A DNA stretch of 64,000 nt from the human T2T-CHM13v2.0 reference genome, Homo sapiens. Made by a program: the position numbers and the translations under genes. The DNA lies in NCBI RefSeq assembly GCF_009914755.1, contig NC_060938.1; one strand, given 5' to 3'. How positions within the stretch are numbered: the stretch's first letter is position 1; each line of letters starts with the position of its first letter. The notes beneath the pieces are model-generated. The model was not told the origin of the DNA. It worked only from the letters and a program-made list of their open reading frames with translations, and made no database searches. This document shows, piece after piece, positions 43,799-57,831 of the stretch.

Positions 43799-44487
43799 CA
43801 GTAGGCCCCCTTAGTAATGGGGGATACATTCCAAGACCCTCAGTAGATGCCAAACCAGAACCAGATTGTTTTTAACCAGAAAATGTTTCTTTTCATGTCT
43901 TATATGCACAAATTCAATGCCTTTCCCATCTTAACAAAGCCCTGAGGCTATAACCTTTTTGGTTTAAGGTGTGACAATAAAACTAGCACCTTTTTTTCCT
44001 TCTTCCCAATTTTATGCATAGACATTTTCTTCTTAAAATACATCTTATAACCTCAGCATATAATTTTTTCTTTCTTATTGATAACTTTTACCTTTTCCCT
44101 TAAAGAAAGGACTTTATGGCTTCTCTTTGGCATATTCAAATTGCCAGTATTAGTATTCTTGCACTTTGGGGCTATTACTAAGTAAAATAAAGATTACTTG
44201 AACACAAGCACTATGATATAGCAACCTCTATCTGATAACAGAGGTGGCTGCTAAGTGACTAATGAGTGGTAGTGAATACAGTCTGGATACACTGGACAAA
44301 AGACTGATTCATGTCCCATGTGAAAAGAAGATAGGCAGTATGAAATTTCATCATGCTACCAAGAAAGGCATGCAATTTAAAATTAAGAATTTTTTATTTG
44401 GAGAAGTTTCTATTTATCATTTTCAGACCATGGTTGACCACACGTAACTGAAACTGTGGAAAAACTATTAATAAGTAAGGACTGCTG
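43799..44487 (-). mobile_element. MER44 (Tigger-type) DNA transposon
   Basis: Termini 'cagtaggccccctta...gggatacattccaagacc' and 'ataagtaaggactgctg', preceded by TA. Confidence 0.8.
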
Positions 44488-44946
44488 CAATGGAATATTA
44501 TTGAACACAATGGAATATTATTCAGCCTTAAGAAAGGAGGAGATCCTGCCATTTGTCACATGTATGTAGTTGGAGGACATTATACTAAGTAAAACAAGCC
44601 AGATACAAAAAGTATCGCATGGCTTCACTCACATGTTGAATCAAAAAAAAGGGGGGAAGGGCATACAGAGAGAATAACACAGTATTTACCAGAGGCAGGT
44701 CATCAGGGAGAAAATGGGAGATGTAAGTCAAATTATGCAATGTAGCAGATATGTAGTATCAATATGTCTAAAGATCTAATATACAACATGAGGACTATAG
44801 TTAATAATAGTGTATTATATCCAGAATTGTCACTAAATGAGTAGATTATATCTGCTTTTGTCATGGGGTGGAAAAAAGAGTAACTATATGAGATGAAGGA
44901 TGCAATAATTTATTTCACTGTAATAACTATTTTAACTATTTTGATA

Positions 44947-45004
44947 TATAGATAGATAGATAGATATACATATAGATAGATAGACAGACAGACAGATAGA
45001 TAGA
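44947..45004. repeat. (GATA/GACA)n microsatellite
   Basis: Read directly. Confidence 0.95.
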
Positions 45005-45558
45005 GAAGTTTGGATATTTGTCCCCACTCAAATCTCATGTAGAATTGTAAGTCCTAATGCTGGATCTGAAGCCTGATGGGAGATGTTTAGGTCATGCGGC
45101 AGATCTCCCATGGCTTGGTCCTGACTTCATGAGAGTGAGTTGTGCAAGATCTGGTAATTTAAAAGTGGGTAGCATTTCCCCTCCCCATTTGTCTCTCTCT
45201 CTCTGTCACTCCTGTTTTTTGCCATGTGAAGTACCTGCTCCTCCTTAACCTTCTGTCATGACTTTAAGCTTCCTGAGGCCTCCCTAGAAACTGAGCAGAC
45301 GCCAGCACTATGCTTCCTGCAAAGACTGCAGAACCATGAGTCAATTAAACCCTTTTTCTTTATAAATTACCTAGACTCAGGGACTTGTTTATAGCAATCC
45401 AAGAATGGCTTACTACCGAAAATTGGTACTGAGGAGTGGGGCATTGCTATAATGATACCTGAAAATATGGAAGCAAATTAGGAACTGTGTAATGGGGAGA
45501 GTTTGGAGGAGTTTAGAGGGCCCTAAAGAAGACACAAAGATGTGGGAAAGTTTGGAAC

Positions 45559-46018
45559 TGATAGAAGCAGAAGACAACCACATGCCTAAGCAGATAGGGA
45601 AGAATCCCCAGAAAAACTCCAACCTGCCCAGGTCATTGTGCACAGCGGGCTTGCCTAAACATGCCCATGATGAAAAATCTCATCCTTTAACACATGTGCA
45701 GCAAGGGAAATACATCAGTGTGGAGTGACTCAGACTAAAGAATCAACTGTGCACTGGGAGAACTGGGTGGAGCCACCAGGAATTTGTGCCTTCTGCTGGC
45801 AATGAGTCTGGCCTCTTCAGCTCATGTGTGGGAACCCTGGTATACAATTGTGAGGTGGGAGCCTGTTTTCAGGACCCCTATCTTTTCTGAGAGCTTTCCT
45901 TTAGCTTAATAAATTCTACCCTCCTCACCTTCAATGTGTCCACATGCATAATTTTTTTCCTGGTCATGAGACAAGAACCCAGATTTAGCTGAACTAAGAA
46001 GCAAAAAATTCTGCATCA
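45559..46018 (+). mobile_element. Solo LTR (LTR47/LTR32-like) inserted in MST-internal
   Basis: TG...CA termini, internal AATAAA, TSD gaac at 45555-45558 and 46019-46022; host sequence 'tttggaac|ttc' rejoins. Confidence 0.75.
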
Positions 46019-48095
46019 GAACTTCTTAAGAGACTGGTTAAATGGTTGTACCAAAATGCTGATAGTGATGCAGACAGTGAGGTCCAAGCTGATGAGGTAT
46101 GAGATGGAATGAGGAACTCATTGGCAACTGGAACAAAGGTTATGCATGTTATGCCAACAGAGCTTGGCTTCATTCTGTTCATGCCCTAGGGATCTGTGTA
46201 GGTTTGAACTTGAGAGTAATACTTGAGGATATCTGGCAGAAGAAATTTCTAAGTGGCAAAACATTCAAGATGTGACCTGGCTGCTTCAAAAAGCCTACAC
46301 TGAGATCAAAGAAGGATCAAAGAAATGACGTAAAGTTGGAAATTACATTTAAAGAGGAAGCAGAGCCTAAAAATTGGGAAATCTGCAGCCTGGCCATGTA
46401 GCAGAGAAAGAAAAAGCTTTTCTGAGAGAGGAATTTAAGCAGGCTGTGGAGCAACAACTTACTAGAGATATACACATAAGTAAAAGGGAGTCAAGTACTA
46501 ATATCCAAGACAATTGAAGGCATTTCAGAGACCTTTGAGGAAGCCCCTCCCATCACAGGCCCTGAGGCCTAGGAGGACTGAATGGGTTCATTAGCCAGGC
46601 CAAAGTCCCTGCTGCCCTATACAGCCTAGGGACACTGCTCCTCACATCCAGGCTATTCCAGCTTCATCTAGGGCTCAAACACGCCCAGGTACAGTTTGGG
46701 CTGCCACTTTGGAGAATGCAAGCCATAAACCTTGGTGGCTTCCACATAGCCTTAAGCCTGTAGGTATGCAGAATGCAAGAATGAAGAACACTCGGCAGCC
46801 TGCACCTAGATTTCAGAGGATGTATGAGAAAGTCTGGGTGTCTAGTCAGAAGCCTGCTCCAGAGGCATAGCCCTCACAGAGAACCTCTACTTGGGCAGTG
46901 CCAAGGGACAATGTAGAATTGAGGCCCCCAGATAGTATCCCCAGTGGGGCACTGCCTAGTAGAGCTATGAGAAATGGGCCACTATCTTCCAGATCCCAGA
47001 AGGGTAGAAGCACCAGCAGTTTGCACCCTGTGCATGGAAAAGCCTCAGGCACTCAATAGCCTATGAGAGCTGCTATGGGGAATGAATCCACAAAGCCACA
47101 GGGGCAGAATTGCCCAAGGCCTTAGGAGCCCACCCCTGCACCAGTGTGCCCTGAATGTGGGATATAACATCAACGGAGCTTTAAGATTTAATGACTGCCC
47201 TGATCTGTTTCAAACTTGCATGAGACCTGTAGCCCCTTTCTTTTGACCACTTTCTCTTTTGGAATAGAAATGTTTACTTAATGCCGATATGCTTATACCT
47301 CCATTGTATTTTGGAAGTAACTAATTTGTTTTTAATTTTACAGGCTCATAAGTGGAAGGGACTTGTCTCAGATGACACTTTGGACTTTGGAATTTTGAGT
47401 TAATGAGAGAATGAGTTAAGACTTTGGGGGACTCTTGGTAGGGCACGATTGTATTTTGCAATGTGAGAAGCGCATGAGATTTGGGAGAGGCCAGGGGCAG
47501 AATGATATAATTTGGATATTTGTAACTGTGCAAATCTCATGTTGAATTGTAATCCCCAAGGCTGGAAGTGGGGCCTTGCTGGAGATGTTTGGGTCATGTG
47601 GGCATATCCCTTACAGCTTGGTGCTGACTTCATGACAGTCGGTGAGTTTGCACAAGATCTGGTTGTTAAAATTGTATAGCACCTTTCCACCAATTCTCTC
47701 TCTCTTTTTTTTTCTGTCTCACTTGCTCCTTCTTTTACCACATGAAGTGCCTCCTGCCACTTGCTTGCTCCTTTTACCACATCAAGTGCCTGCTGCCCCT
47801 TTGCCTTCTACCATGATTGGGACTTTGTAACTTGCTGAGGCCCCTCTAGAAGCTGAGCAGATGCCAGCACCATGCTTCCTGCAAAGCCTGTAAAACCTTG
47901 AGCCAATTAAACATCTTTTCTTTATAAATTACCCAGTCTCAGGTATTTCTTTAGTAAAGCAAAAATGGCCCTGACATTATACTGTATACCTTTAATACAC
48001 ACAATAAAAATGCATTTTTTAAAAAAAGAAAATGTTTGTTTGTGTTAGAAATGTAACAGTCTTTTATTGTCCCATGTCTGCTTATGTGTCACTTT

Positions 48096-48423
48096 CTTTT
48101 TTTTTTTTTTTGTGGTTTTCTTTTTTTGTTTTTTTTTTGTTTTTTTTCCCCCCCAACAAGGTCACCTAGGCTGGAGTGCATTGGACCAATCACGGCTCAT
48201 TGCTACCTCTGCCTCCCAGACTCAAGTGATCCTTCCACCTTATCCTCTTGAGGAGCTGGTACTATAGGCGTGCACCACCATGCCTGGACAGTTTTTGTAT
48301 TTTTTGTAGTGATGGGGTTTCGCCATGTTGCCCATATTGGTTTCAAACACTTGAGCTAACACGATATGCCACGTAGGCCTCCCAAGATGCTGAGATTACA
48401 GGCGTGAGCCACCATGCCCAGCC
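48096..48423 (-). mobile_element. AluJ
   Basis: Diverged dimeric Alu with long T tail; TSD tcaYtttcttt. Confidence 0.9.
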
Positions 48424-51400
48424 ATCATTTTCTTTATGTGGAAGATTAAGTGATAAAGAGCACTGCAGTTAAAGTATCCTATGAAATCGTTGTCTTAACA
48501 TCTATCTCATAATTAATTACACTTTGTTTTTTCCACATAGTCAAGGATAATGCCTTTGATCTAATTATCACACTTGTTTTAATAATAGATATAATGCAGT
48601 TCTTAATTTATTAAGTTTCTATACTTAATATAGAAAATAGATTGTTATTTTAAATTTTCTATACTTGAAACACACACAAACAGAATAGTGAAAAAAATCA
48701 GAAGGGACTTGTGAAATCCACCTCTCAGAGTATTTAGCTGTTATAGCAATTTTTAATCATGTAGCTACAATCTTGCTTCATCTTTTTGCAAACATTTGAT
48801 AAAAAAAGTGAAGTAACATAAGAATTCCAATGATAATATACATATATTATGAAAATAAGTTTATGATTACTTTCATGATAAAAATTAATGGGTTGTTTGT
48901 TTAGTTTCAGATCTTAATGCCAGATATAGTTTAAAGAAAATCTTTCTGGGATATATCCACATGTAGAAGGGGCAAGCCTCTATCGGAAGAAAATTGCCTA
49001 TAAAATTAAAGAATTCCTCATTCAATCTTGCTCCTCTATGCATCCTGGCATGCTTATTAATATTTCAGCCAAACTCAGAATCCAGGACAGAAAGGAAATA
49101 AAATCTGTTGATTAGATATTAGATATCTATTTTAAGGTGATGCTAAAGATTACTTTATCAACTGTCATTTAACTATCTTTAGTTCATCTTATAAAATAAT
49201 TTAATCAGAGTAATCCTTCACCAAATAAGTTTACATCCAAGATTATATATTTACAGGGAGAAGGATTTTTTATGGTGCTAGAATTCAGACTTCCTGAGAT
49301 AATATGTTATTGTATTAGAGATACTATAAAAATGAGAAAGACTACTGACTAGACATCTGACAAATGTGCATATGTCTTAACAAAAGGAATGTAAGTGCTA
49401 AAATATAATTTTTCTGTTATTGTGGACCCACAAAGAGGTGATGTCTAATTTGCCAGGCATGCCATAATATACCTGCTCACATAATAATAATTAGCAAGTT
49501 TAGTAAATCCCTATTTCTAGCAGAAAGTTGTATGTCTCAACAACAAGGATAGCACACATTGTTTTTAATGTTACTTTCAGGAAAAATAAGATTTAGGAGA
49601 ACCAGAAGGTCAGGATCTTTGCATTTAGATCCACTTCACAACATGCTTCATCGGGAGAGGATCATCTATCTTGAAAGACACATCCCATAAAGGCCATGGT
49701 GTGAGGGAAAATGAAGCCATTAGATTTTTGGAATTTAAGTTTTATAGCTGCAGTTTCAATAACACTACCAGAGTTGAATAGGACCCAAGTGTCATATTGA
49801 AGAGTCAGCATGAATGACTAATTCCATGTGGTGAGAAAGCTGATGGGCTTCTTACACTGAGCTATCTGAGGAGAGAGGAACCAGTCAACTATGGAGGATT
49901 GCTTCATTGTACAACTAGGGAAGTTGAGCTTCTAAAGGACTAAGCACACAGCAACATTTTAAAAGAAATAATACTGTGTGTGAAATTCAGCAGTATTAAC
50001 TATTGATATTAGTGTCAACTGGAATGAGTCCATGAATGAGACAAGATTTGCAATTAGAAAGGTCCTAAGGATACAGTTGGGTAATGCAAATAATGTCAGA
50101 TTGGGTAAGTTAAACTTGAAATCATTGCCATGCCCATCTGAGTCACTGCAATGACTCTGTTCATCACAGTCTCCAACCATCTCCTCAGAAGTATACAACA
50201 GTCATAGGGAAATCTAGTGATAGGCTAAGCAAGAGAAATACAAATTTAACTTTTTATCACTGTAGGGTACTAGATAATTTCTGATGACTCATGCTGTTTC
50301 TATTTTTCTAGATAATCATGGTCAAACAGAGATATAACCACCTCTGTATTTGGAAATGAAAAACAACCACCAACACAAAGAACAAAAATCTCTTTTGAGG
50401 GAAATCCCTTTTTCTATAGCTTTCATTAAGGGAAGGATGTTGAGAAGACCTAGTACACTTAAGAGAATAAATCTCAACTTGTAGCTTGACAAAGACAAAT
50501 GTTCCCTACTTGTTCTGGAACAGGTAAAAGAAATTCCAATGTTATGTTTACTGATTCTTCGCTTTGCTTCCTTTAGAAAAAAAAGAAAAGAAAACCTTAG
50601 TGGGAAGTTAAGAGCTGTTTGATTAACTGCTGAGCTAAACCGGAGCGAGCATACTCAGGAGTCTCTCTCTGGGAGGCTCCTCTAACTTGCTGTTCTCCTA
50701 CTATGCTTGCGCATATTGGCTAATGTCAATTAATCACATAAAGTAGAGACCATGGATTTTGTATAATTTCCCCCCTTTCTCATAAAGGGAACGAATTGTT
50801 CCAGACAGAAGGAGACAACATTGCACAGGCAATTCAGCTGAATTGTAACCTGGGGTGGACTTAGTGCTGTCAAGGGGGAAGTTTGGGTTGATGGTTCTTC
50901 TGAGCTGCACAGCTCAGTGGTTTTTCTGTTTATAATGTCAGCCTTTTCTTACGCACTGCATTGTGTTAGGGACTTCAGTACAGAAGGAATATGGGGATCT
51001 ATTTAATAGAAACTCTGTTGGGAAACAGAAAAATGTTCAACCTCCCTAACTTTCTGCATTAACTTTTTGCATAATTCTCCTCTTTTAGTTTGCCATTTGT
51101 AAGACTGAAATTAAAAGAGGAAGTATAATATTAGCAAAACAGTCAGTTAAAACATACAAAGACAGTTCTACTAACCTGGTTTTAAAAACCCACTAGCTAC
51201 TTTTAAAAGCATAAATTCTAATGATCAACTATCACAGAGTAGCAGTCAGGGTTTTAGAGTTCAGCAGTTGCAAATGAACATGAGACAATATTTGTGGTCA
51301 AATAAACATGATATAAAGCCAAGGACATACAACTCTAGGCTTTCAGAAAAGACAATTCTCAAGTAACTTAATAGCAATATAAGAACATATTCTAAATAGA

Positions 51401-52011
51401 GTTCTTTTTAACAGTGTCAAGCGTACGTGCTGAAAGCCGCAGCAACCAGCCTCAATATGATACTCTTTCTCACTACCCACTGGTGTTTTGGAAACTGCTT
51501 GAAAATCAAATCTTTAAATATGTAAACCAAACCACATCTAAAATTATTGCCAGACACATGTTTAAAATAAGCTGAACATTTTCCCCCCAAAAGCAAGTTA
51601 ATTGTATTTTTCTATGTCGGATAGATATTTTGGATCAAATAAGAAATAAAAGCAATACTTCGACAAAATGTTATAAGTGCTATTTTACGTAATTAAACCC
51701 AGAATCAAAGTGCAAAATCTATCATGACTGAAATTAAAGTCTTAATGTTCTAAATGATAGCAATGACTGCTATCCCTAGCAGACAATACAGAAATGTCAT
51801 ACAAAAGGAGAAAGAACAGGTCCCAGCATCAGAATCCAAATTGAAAGCAATTTTCTTGCTATAAAATTGAATGGTTTATATTTACATTATTAATGACAAG
51901 AAAAAGTAAATCAAAATATAGAAAATATGCTTGCCTCAATATTGCTGCCAATGCTAGTGACTTATATTGTATTTATTTATGTAAATGGTTAAAATATATT
52001 TGAAAATTTGT

Positions 52012-52550
52012 TTTTATAAATTGGCAATTTATGATTACGTTTATTTATGGAGTACAATGTCATGTTACGTTTTATGAATATTATATAGAATAATTAAATG
52101 AAGTTAGTTAAAATATTTATCACTTCAAATATTAACTTTTTTGTGGTGAGAACATGTGAAATTTACTCAGCATTATTAGAATGTACAATACTCTGTTCTT
52201 AACTATATTCACCATACTATGCAATAGAAAATCTGAAAAAAATTTTTCACTTATCTAATTGAGATTTTGTACCCATTGATCATCATCTTTTCATTCCCCT
52301 CATACTCACAATCTCTCTAATAACCACTCTACTCCATGCTTCTGTGAGTTTGATGTTTTCATGTTTCATAAATAAATGAGAAAATGTGGTACTGTATTTG
52401 TCTTCCTTTGCCTGGTTTATTTTACTTACAATAATATTCTACAGTTATTTTCATATTGTAGCAAATGACAAAATGTCTTTCTTCTTTAAGGCTGAAGAGT
52501 ATTCCATTGTGGAAATATACTATATTTTCTTTTTTTAATATAATTTTGTG
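52012..52550 (-). mobile_element. L1MA-like 3' UTR
   Basis: 'ttttgtggtgagaacat...ttaactatattcaccat...ctttaaggctgaagagtattccattgt'. Confidence 0.8.
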
Positions 52551-54241
52551 TTTATTTTTAATTTTTTTTAATTTCAGATTCAGGGGGTAGATGTGCAGGT
52601 TTGTTACATAGATATATAGCAAAATGGTGAGATTTGGGCTTTTAGTACACAAATCATCCAAATAGTAAATATTGTACCTAATATGTATTTCTTTAACCCT
52701 CTCTTGCTTCCCAACCAACGCCTACTGGAGTCTCCATTGTCTATTATTTTCATCTTTGTGTCCATGTGTACATATTGTTTAGCTCTCACTTATAAGAAAG
52801 AACACGCAGTATTTGATTTTCCATTTTTCAGTTATTTCACATGGAATAATAGCCTCCAGCTTCATCCATGTTGCTGCAAAGGACATGATTTCCTGTTTTC
52901 TTTTATGGCTGGATAGTATTCCATCGTGTATATATACCACATTTTCTTTATCCAGTCATCCAAAGATGAACACTTGGGATAATTTCATGACTTTGCTATC
53001 GTTAATAGTGCTGTGATAAACATACAAATGCAGGTGTCTTTTTAAATTATTTCTTTTCCTTTGGGTAGATGCCCAGTAGTGGGATTGCTGGATCAAATGG
53101 TGATTCTATTTTTAGTTCTTTGAGAAATCTCCAGGCTGTTTTCTATAGGGGTTGTACTAATTTACATTCCCATCAACAGTGAATAAGCATACCCTTTTCT
53201 CTGCACCCTTGTCAACATCTGTGGCTTTTGACTATTTCATAATAGCTGTTCTGACTGGTATAAGGTACTTCGTTGTAGTTTTGATTTGCATTTCTCTAAT
53301 GATTAGTGATGTTGTATATTTTTTCATGTTTTTTGGCCATTTGCATATCTTCTTTTGAGAAACGTCCGTTCACGTTCTTTGCTCACTTTTGAATGGAATT
53401 ATTTGGTTTTGTCTTGTTGAATCATTTGAGTTCACTGTAGATTCTGGAGATTAGTGCTCTGCCAAAGGCACAATTTACAAATATTTTCTCCCATTCTGTA
53501 GGCTGCCTGTTTACTCTGTTGATTACTTCCTTTACTCTGCAGAAATTTTTGGTTTAATTAAAACCCATTTGTCTATTTTTGCTTTTGTTGCATTTGCTTT
53601 AGGGGTCTTAGTCACAAACTCCTTCCCTAGGCCAATGTCCAGAAGAGTTTTCCCCAAGTTTTCTTCTGGGCTTTATATCAGGGCTTACACTGAAGTCTTT
53701 AATTCATCTTGAGTTAACTTTTATATATGGCAAGGGATAGGGCTCTAGTCTCATTCAGAGGTGTATGGCTAGCCAATTTTCCTTGCACCATTTATTGAGT
53801 AATGCGTTCTTTATCCATTGTTTATTTTTGTCAACTTTGTCAAAGATCAGTTGGTTGTAGGTATGTGACTTTATTTCTGGGTTCTCTATTCTATTTCATT
53901 GACCTATATGTCTAGTTTTCTACCAGTGCCACACTTTTTGAGTTGCTATAGTCTTGGGAGTACAGTCTAAAGCTAGGTAATGTGATACCTCTGGCTTTCT
54001 TCTTTTGGCTTATGATTGCTTTGTGTTTTGAGTATCTTTTGTGGTTCCATATGAACTTTAACATTTTTTTAATTCTGTGAAGAATTACCTTGGTAACTTG
54101 ATAGGGATTGTGTTGAATCTGTAGATTGCTTTGGGCAGTATGTTCATTTTAATAATATTGATTCTTCCAATCCATGAGCATAGGATGTTTTTCCATTTGT
54201 TTATGTCATCTGTGATTTTTTTCATCAGTCTTCTGTAGTTC

Positions 54242-54615
54242 TAGTTAGTTGGCTCACAATTCTGCCAGCTGTTACAGAAAGCATAGCACCAGCATCTGAT
54301 TGCCTTCGGGTGAGGTCTCAGGGAGCTTTTACTCATGGTGGAAGGCAAAGAAGGAGCAGGCATGTTACATGATGAGAGAGGTAACAAGAGAGTGAAAGAG
54401 AAAGAGACAGAAGGGGAAGTGCCACACTCTTTTAAACAATCAGATTTCACATGAACTACAGAGAAAGAACTCATTCATTACCAGGAGGATGGTGCTAAGC
54501 CATCCATGAGGAATCCATCCCCATTATCCAAATACTTCCCACCAGGACCCACCACCAGCATTGCAAATCAGATTTCAACATGATATTTGGAGTAGAAAAC
54601 ATCCAAACCATATCA
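54242..54615 (-). mobile_element. MST-type LTR (partial)
   Basis: 'ggctcacaattctgc...agcatagcaccagcatctg...catccaaaccatatca'. Confidence 0.85.
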
Positions 54616-54822
54616 ATTGTCTTCCTGATATGCTTTTGGATACACGTTGCAAGTATTGCGTTGAAGTTTTTTTGTCTATGCTAATCAGGGATATTGGCCT
54701 ATAGTTTTGCTTTTTGGTTGTATGTTTTCCTGATTCTGGATCATGATGATACTAGTTTCATAAACTGAGTTAGGGAGGAATCCCTCCTCATCTTTATTTT
54801 TTGGAACAGTATCAGTAAGATT

Positions 54823-55050
54823 GTGATATTGTTTGGCTGTGTGTCCCCAACCAAATCTCATGTTAAATTTTAATTCCCAGTGTTGGGGGAGGGACCTAAT
54901 GGGAGGTGACTGCATCATGGGGTAGATTTTCCTTTGCTGTTTTCATGATAATGAGTGAGTTTTCATGAGATCTGAGTTTAAAAGTGTGTGGCACTTCCCC
55001 CCCACCTGCTCTCTCATCAAAATGTGAAGATGTTCTTGCTTCCCCTTTGT
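54823..55050 (+). mobile_element. THE1/MST LTR 5' fragment
   Basis: 'tgatattgtttggctgtgtgtcccc...caaatctcatgtt...catgagatctg'. Confidence 0.8.
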
Positions 55051-56321
55051 CCCATTTCTGATTGTGCTTATTTGAATCATTTATCCTTTTTCCTTAATCT
55101 CACTACCAACCTATAGATTTTGTTTATCCTTTCAGAGAACCAACTTTTCATTTTGTTGCTCTTTGTATCATTTTTGTGTTTTCAATCTCATTTAGTTCTG
55201 TTCTTATCTTTGTTATTTCTTCTGCCACCCTTGGGGTTTTTTTTTCTTGTTTTTCTAGTTCTTTGATTTAAAATGTTAGAATGTTAGTATGAGATAAATT
55301 TGTCTCCTTAATGTAGGCACTTATTGTTATACACTTTCCTCTTAGAACTGCTAAAGGTTTTAATATATTGTGTCTATTTTCACTAATTTCAAATTTTTTG
55401 TTATTTTTGTCTTAATTTTGTTGTTTACACAAAAATCATCCAGGAGCAAGGTATTTTGTTTCATGCATTTGTGTTTTGACAGTTACTTTTCTAATTTTAT
55501 TCTACTGTGGTCTAAGAAGATACCTGATACAATTTTTATTTTTTTGAATTTAATAAGACTCAATTTATGGCCAACAATGTGGTCTATTTTGGAGAATGTT
55601 CTATGTACAGATAAGAACATTGTATATTATGTGTTTGTTGGGTAGAATGTTCTGTAAATGTCTATTAGGTGCCTGTGGCCTAGAATCCAGTTTAAAGTTT
55701 TCTTTGCTGATTTTCGGCCTCAATATTCTGTCTAGTGCTGTAAGTGGTATATTGAAGTTCTCAACCATTACTCTATTGCTATCTCTTTCCTTAGGACCAG
55801 TAGTATTTGTTTTATGAATCTGGGTGCTACAATGTTGGGTTCATATATATTTGAAACAGTTATATCTTCTTGTTAAATTGAAACATCATTATTTTATGAC
55901 CTTGTCTTTTTTTTAGGTTTGTTGGTTTAAAGTACATTTTATCTGATATACACATAGCTACTCCTGTTCATTTTTGCTTTCCATTTGTGTTAAATATCTT
56001 TTCTCGCTTTTTTTTTTTTTTTTTTTTGAGTCTGTGGGCATCTTTCCCCATTACGTGGGTCTTTTGTAGGGAGCTAATTGTTGGAACTTGCTTTGTTATC
56101 CAATTTGCCAGTTCTTATCTTTTCCATGGAGCATTTAGGCCTTTTACATTCAAGGTGAGTATTGACATGTGAGGTTCCATTCCTGTCATAATGGTGTTAA
56201 CTTGTTGCTTTGCAGTCTCAATTGCGGAATTGCTTTATAGATTTGTGAGCATTGTGAGCATGCTTTTATGATGGCAAGTATCATTCTTTATTTCCATGTT
56301 TAGAAATCCTTTGAGCATTTC

Positions 56322-57831
<1,510 letters not shown>

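Larger units (their letters stand above)
44942..47975 (+). mobile_element. Full-length MST (MaLR) provirus: 5' LTR about 44942-45413, internal region, 3' LTR about 47502-47975
   Basis: Two homologous LTRs ('tttggatatttgt...caaatctcatg...ttctttataaattacc') flank MaLR internal sequence. Confidence 0.9.
40865..48030 (+). mobile_element. L1MA-like element: 5' UTR (about 40865-42070) fused to the 3' half of ORF2; interrupted by MER44 and an MST provirus
   Basis: 5' end 'gacatcaacaagatagcc'; RT-region ORF '[34 protein letters not shown]'; 3' UTR resumes at 44488 and 47976. Confidence 0.85.
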
